From Podarcis pityusensis (lineage: Eukaryota), in assembly GCA_964106645.2 (NCBI GenBank), contig OZ067044.1: 64,000 bases of DNA; one strand, given 5' to 3'. Made by a program: the position numbers and the translations under genes. Positions 62,280-64,000 of this stretch are shown here, one piece after another. How positions within the stretch are numbered: position 1 is the stretch's first letter; each line of letters starts with the position of its first letter. The notes under the pieces were generated by a model. It saw only the letters and a program-made list of their open reading frames with translations. It was not told where the DNA came from and did not search any database.

Positions 62280-62820
62280 GAACATAAGAACTGGATCAGA
62301 TCAAAGGCTCCTCTACTCCATCATTGTGTTTCCCCATTGGCCAAACAGATGCCTTTGGAAAGTCCACCAGCAAGACATGAGAGCAAGAGCACTTGCCCAC
62401 TTACGTTCCCTTATGGTATTAGTCATCATGACTAGTATCCATTCCTAGCCCTATGCTTCATGAATTTGTCCAAATGCCTTTTAAAGCTGTCCCAAGTTTG
62501 TGGCCATTACTGCATCTTGTGGGAGTAAATTCCAGTGTTTAACTGTACATTGTGTGAAGATGTGTTTCCTTTCGGCTGTCCTGAAGCGTGTAGTTTCATT
62601 GAAGCATGTAGTTTCATTAAGTTACTGTGAATTGTGTTTTATGAGAGGGGGGTGGGGAGAACCTCCCCTGAAACACTTTCTCCAAACCATTTCTAGCATG
62701 TTTCCTGCCTCTTTTTCAAACTAAAAAGCACCAAATGCTATAACCTTTCTGCATAGGGGAACTGCTCAGACCCTAGATACTTTGTTTTCCCTTTTCTGAA
62801 TCTTTCCTAACTTTACAATA
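62280..62820 (-). mobile_element. Older CR1-type LINE 3' fragment (different subfamily)
   Basis: AACATAAGAA...GGATCAGATCAAAGG terminus, TGAATTTGTCCAA..TTTTAAAG, AAACTAAAAAGC..TAACCTTTC blocks, i.e. reverse-complemented CR1 ORF2 tail. Confidence 0.7.
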
Positions 62821-63146
62821 GAGGTGTATGAGGGGATATTTTTAAATTCTTGGTAACTTACAGAGCAGTGCTGGCCAAAGAGATGCCTTGTGGATGGGTG
62901 CTTCTGGACTGCAACTCACATCATTCCTGGCCATTGGCCATGCTGGCTGTGTCTGATGGGAGTTGGATTTGGATGTGGGTAGGAAACAACTAACTTGGAG
63001 TAAAACCTGCAAATAATCTCTTACTGGTTTATTATGGCATAAACTGACTTAGACAATAATATACATCAGCAAATAAATATATTGCATTGAGCATCCTGCC
63101 AAGCACATATCGACACAGGAGACAAATACGGTAACTATTTTAAAGG

Positions 63147-63172
63147 TTGTGTGTGTGTGTGTGTGTGTGTGT
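63147..63172. repeat. (GT)n microsatellite
   Basis: Direct observation. Confidence 0.9.
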
Positions 63173-64000
63173 GAAGTAATCATTTCTCAAATAGTCTGTT
63201 TTCAGTGTTCCCCAGAGAGAAGATGCAGTGAGAGTTTCTTATTTGCAATTGAATAGTGACTAGTCTTTATCTGATAAATATGCATGCAGTGCTTGTGGGC
63301 TTAACCTTAGGGAACAAAACTGGATCTGGCCAGCTCTGATAATAAAGATGGTTAAATAGCTGCATAAGGAAGCAAGGTAGTAAAACAATAATAAATTTGA
63401 ATAATAACATTCTTAACTGTTGTAAAATTAAGTATGCTATTAACCATCTCCTGTCACTACGTGCCACAGACCATACAGTTATGTGTGTCAGCTACTGCCT
63501 AGGAAACATTGTTTGAAAATCTGCTTATCTTTATCTTCTTCATGTTGATAGTGGCATTTCTCCTTCTTGAAAAGAACCCTGTGCAATAGAACCCTGTGTG
63601 AATTCAGGGACTCTGTACAATTCTTCTCACTTTCTCTCTTGCTTTAAAAAACGGAAAAGCTACTATCTTCTCAGTAACCTGATTGTAATTAGTACTCTGG
63701 GGCTTATGTGGCTGGTACATTGTTTCTATAATCGGCTAAGCAATCCTTCCTTTTCTGTACAAAATAACTACGACAGTGTTGCCAAATTCAACTTTTTCAC
63801 ATCAGTATAGCCTCATGCAACTTCACACTGAAGCAGCCTTTTTCTGTTGAGAGCTGCTCTGGAATCAAGACATCTTTCTGATTTACTTATTGTGTTCAGA
63901 GTAGAGTGCCTTATATTAGTTCCTGATGGTGGTTATAACGGACTTGGACCTGTGAAAGACGCAGGTTCAAATACTTGATAAGCGATGAAGTTGTCAAGTG

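Noticed and set aside
1-64000. Host gene symbol; CRISPR, tRNA, rRNA, snoRNA or known miRNA genes
   Set aside because: No host coding exon recognised, so no symbol is assigned. tRNA-like boxes belong to SINE heads, and no repeat-spacer array or recognisable RNA gene was seen.

Overview
Vertebrate genomic DNA, almost certainly from a squamate reptile, probably a lizard: Sauria SINEs, Bov-B/RTE, CR1, L2, Penelope-like and hAT/Tc-mariner MITEs are all present. The window opens on a CpG-island promoter with a probable non-coding first exon (~211-605, donor GTGAGT). It then runs through very long + strand introns of a gene I could not identify. These hold a 63-nt non-coding exon (13754-13816), a candidate 27-nt micro-exon (44088-44114) and two candidate alternative first exons (~34.07 kb, ~58.36 kb). 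No intact host coding region was recognised, and the ORF-track ORFs are repeat-derived or spurious. The most unusual element is a degenerate copy of sepiapterin reductase (SPR) exon 1 at ~23.7-24.0 kb. It retains its splice donor and flanking intron-like DNA, and lies directly behind a hAT-transposon terminus and a nested palindrome. This suggests DNA-level gene-fragment capture by a non-autonomous hAT element (Pack-type transposon). All family assignments are by eye, without database searches.
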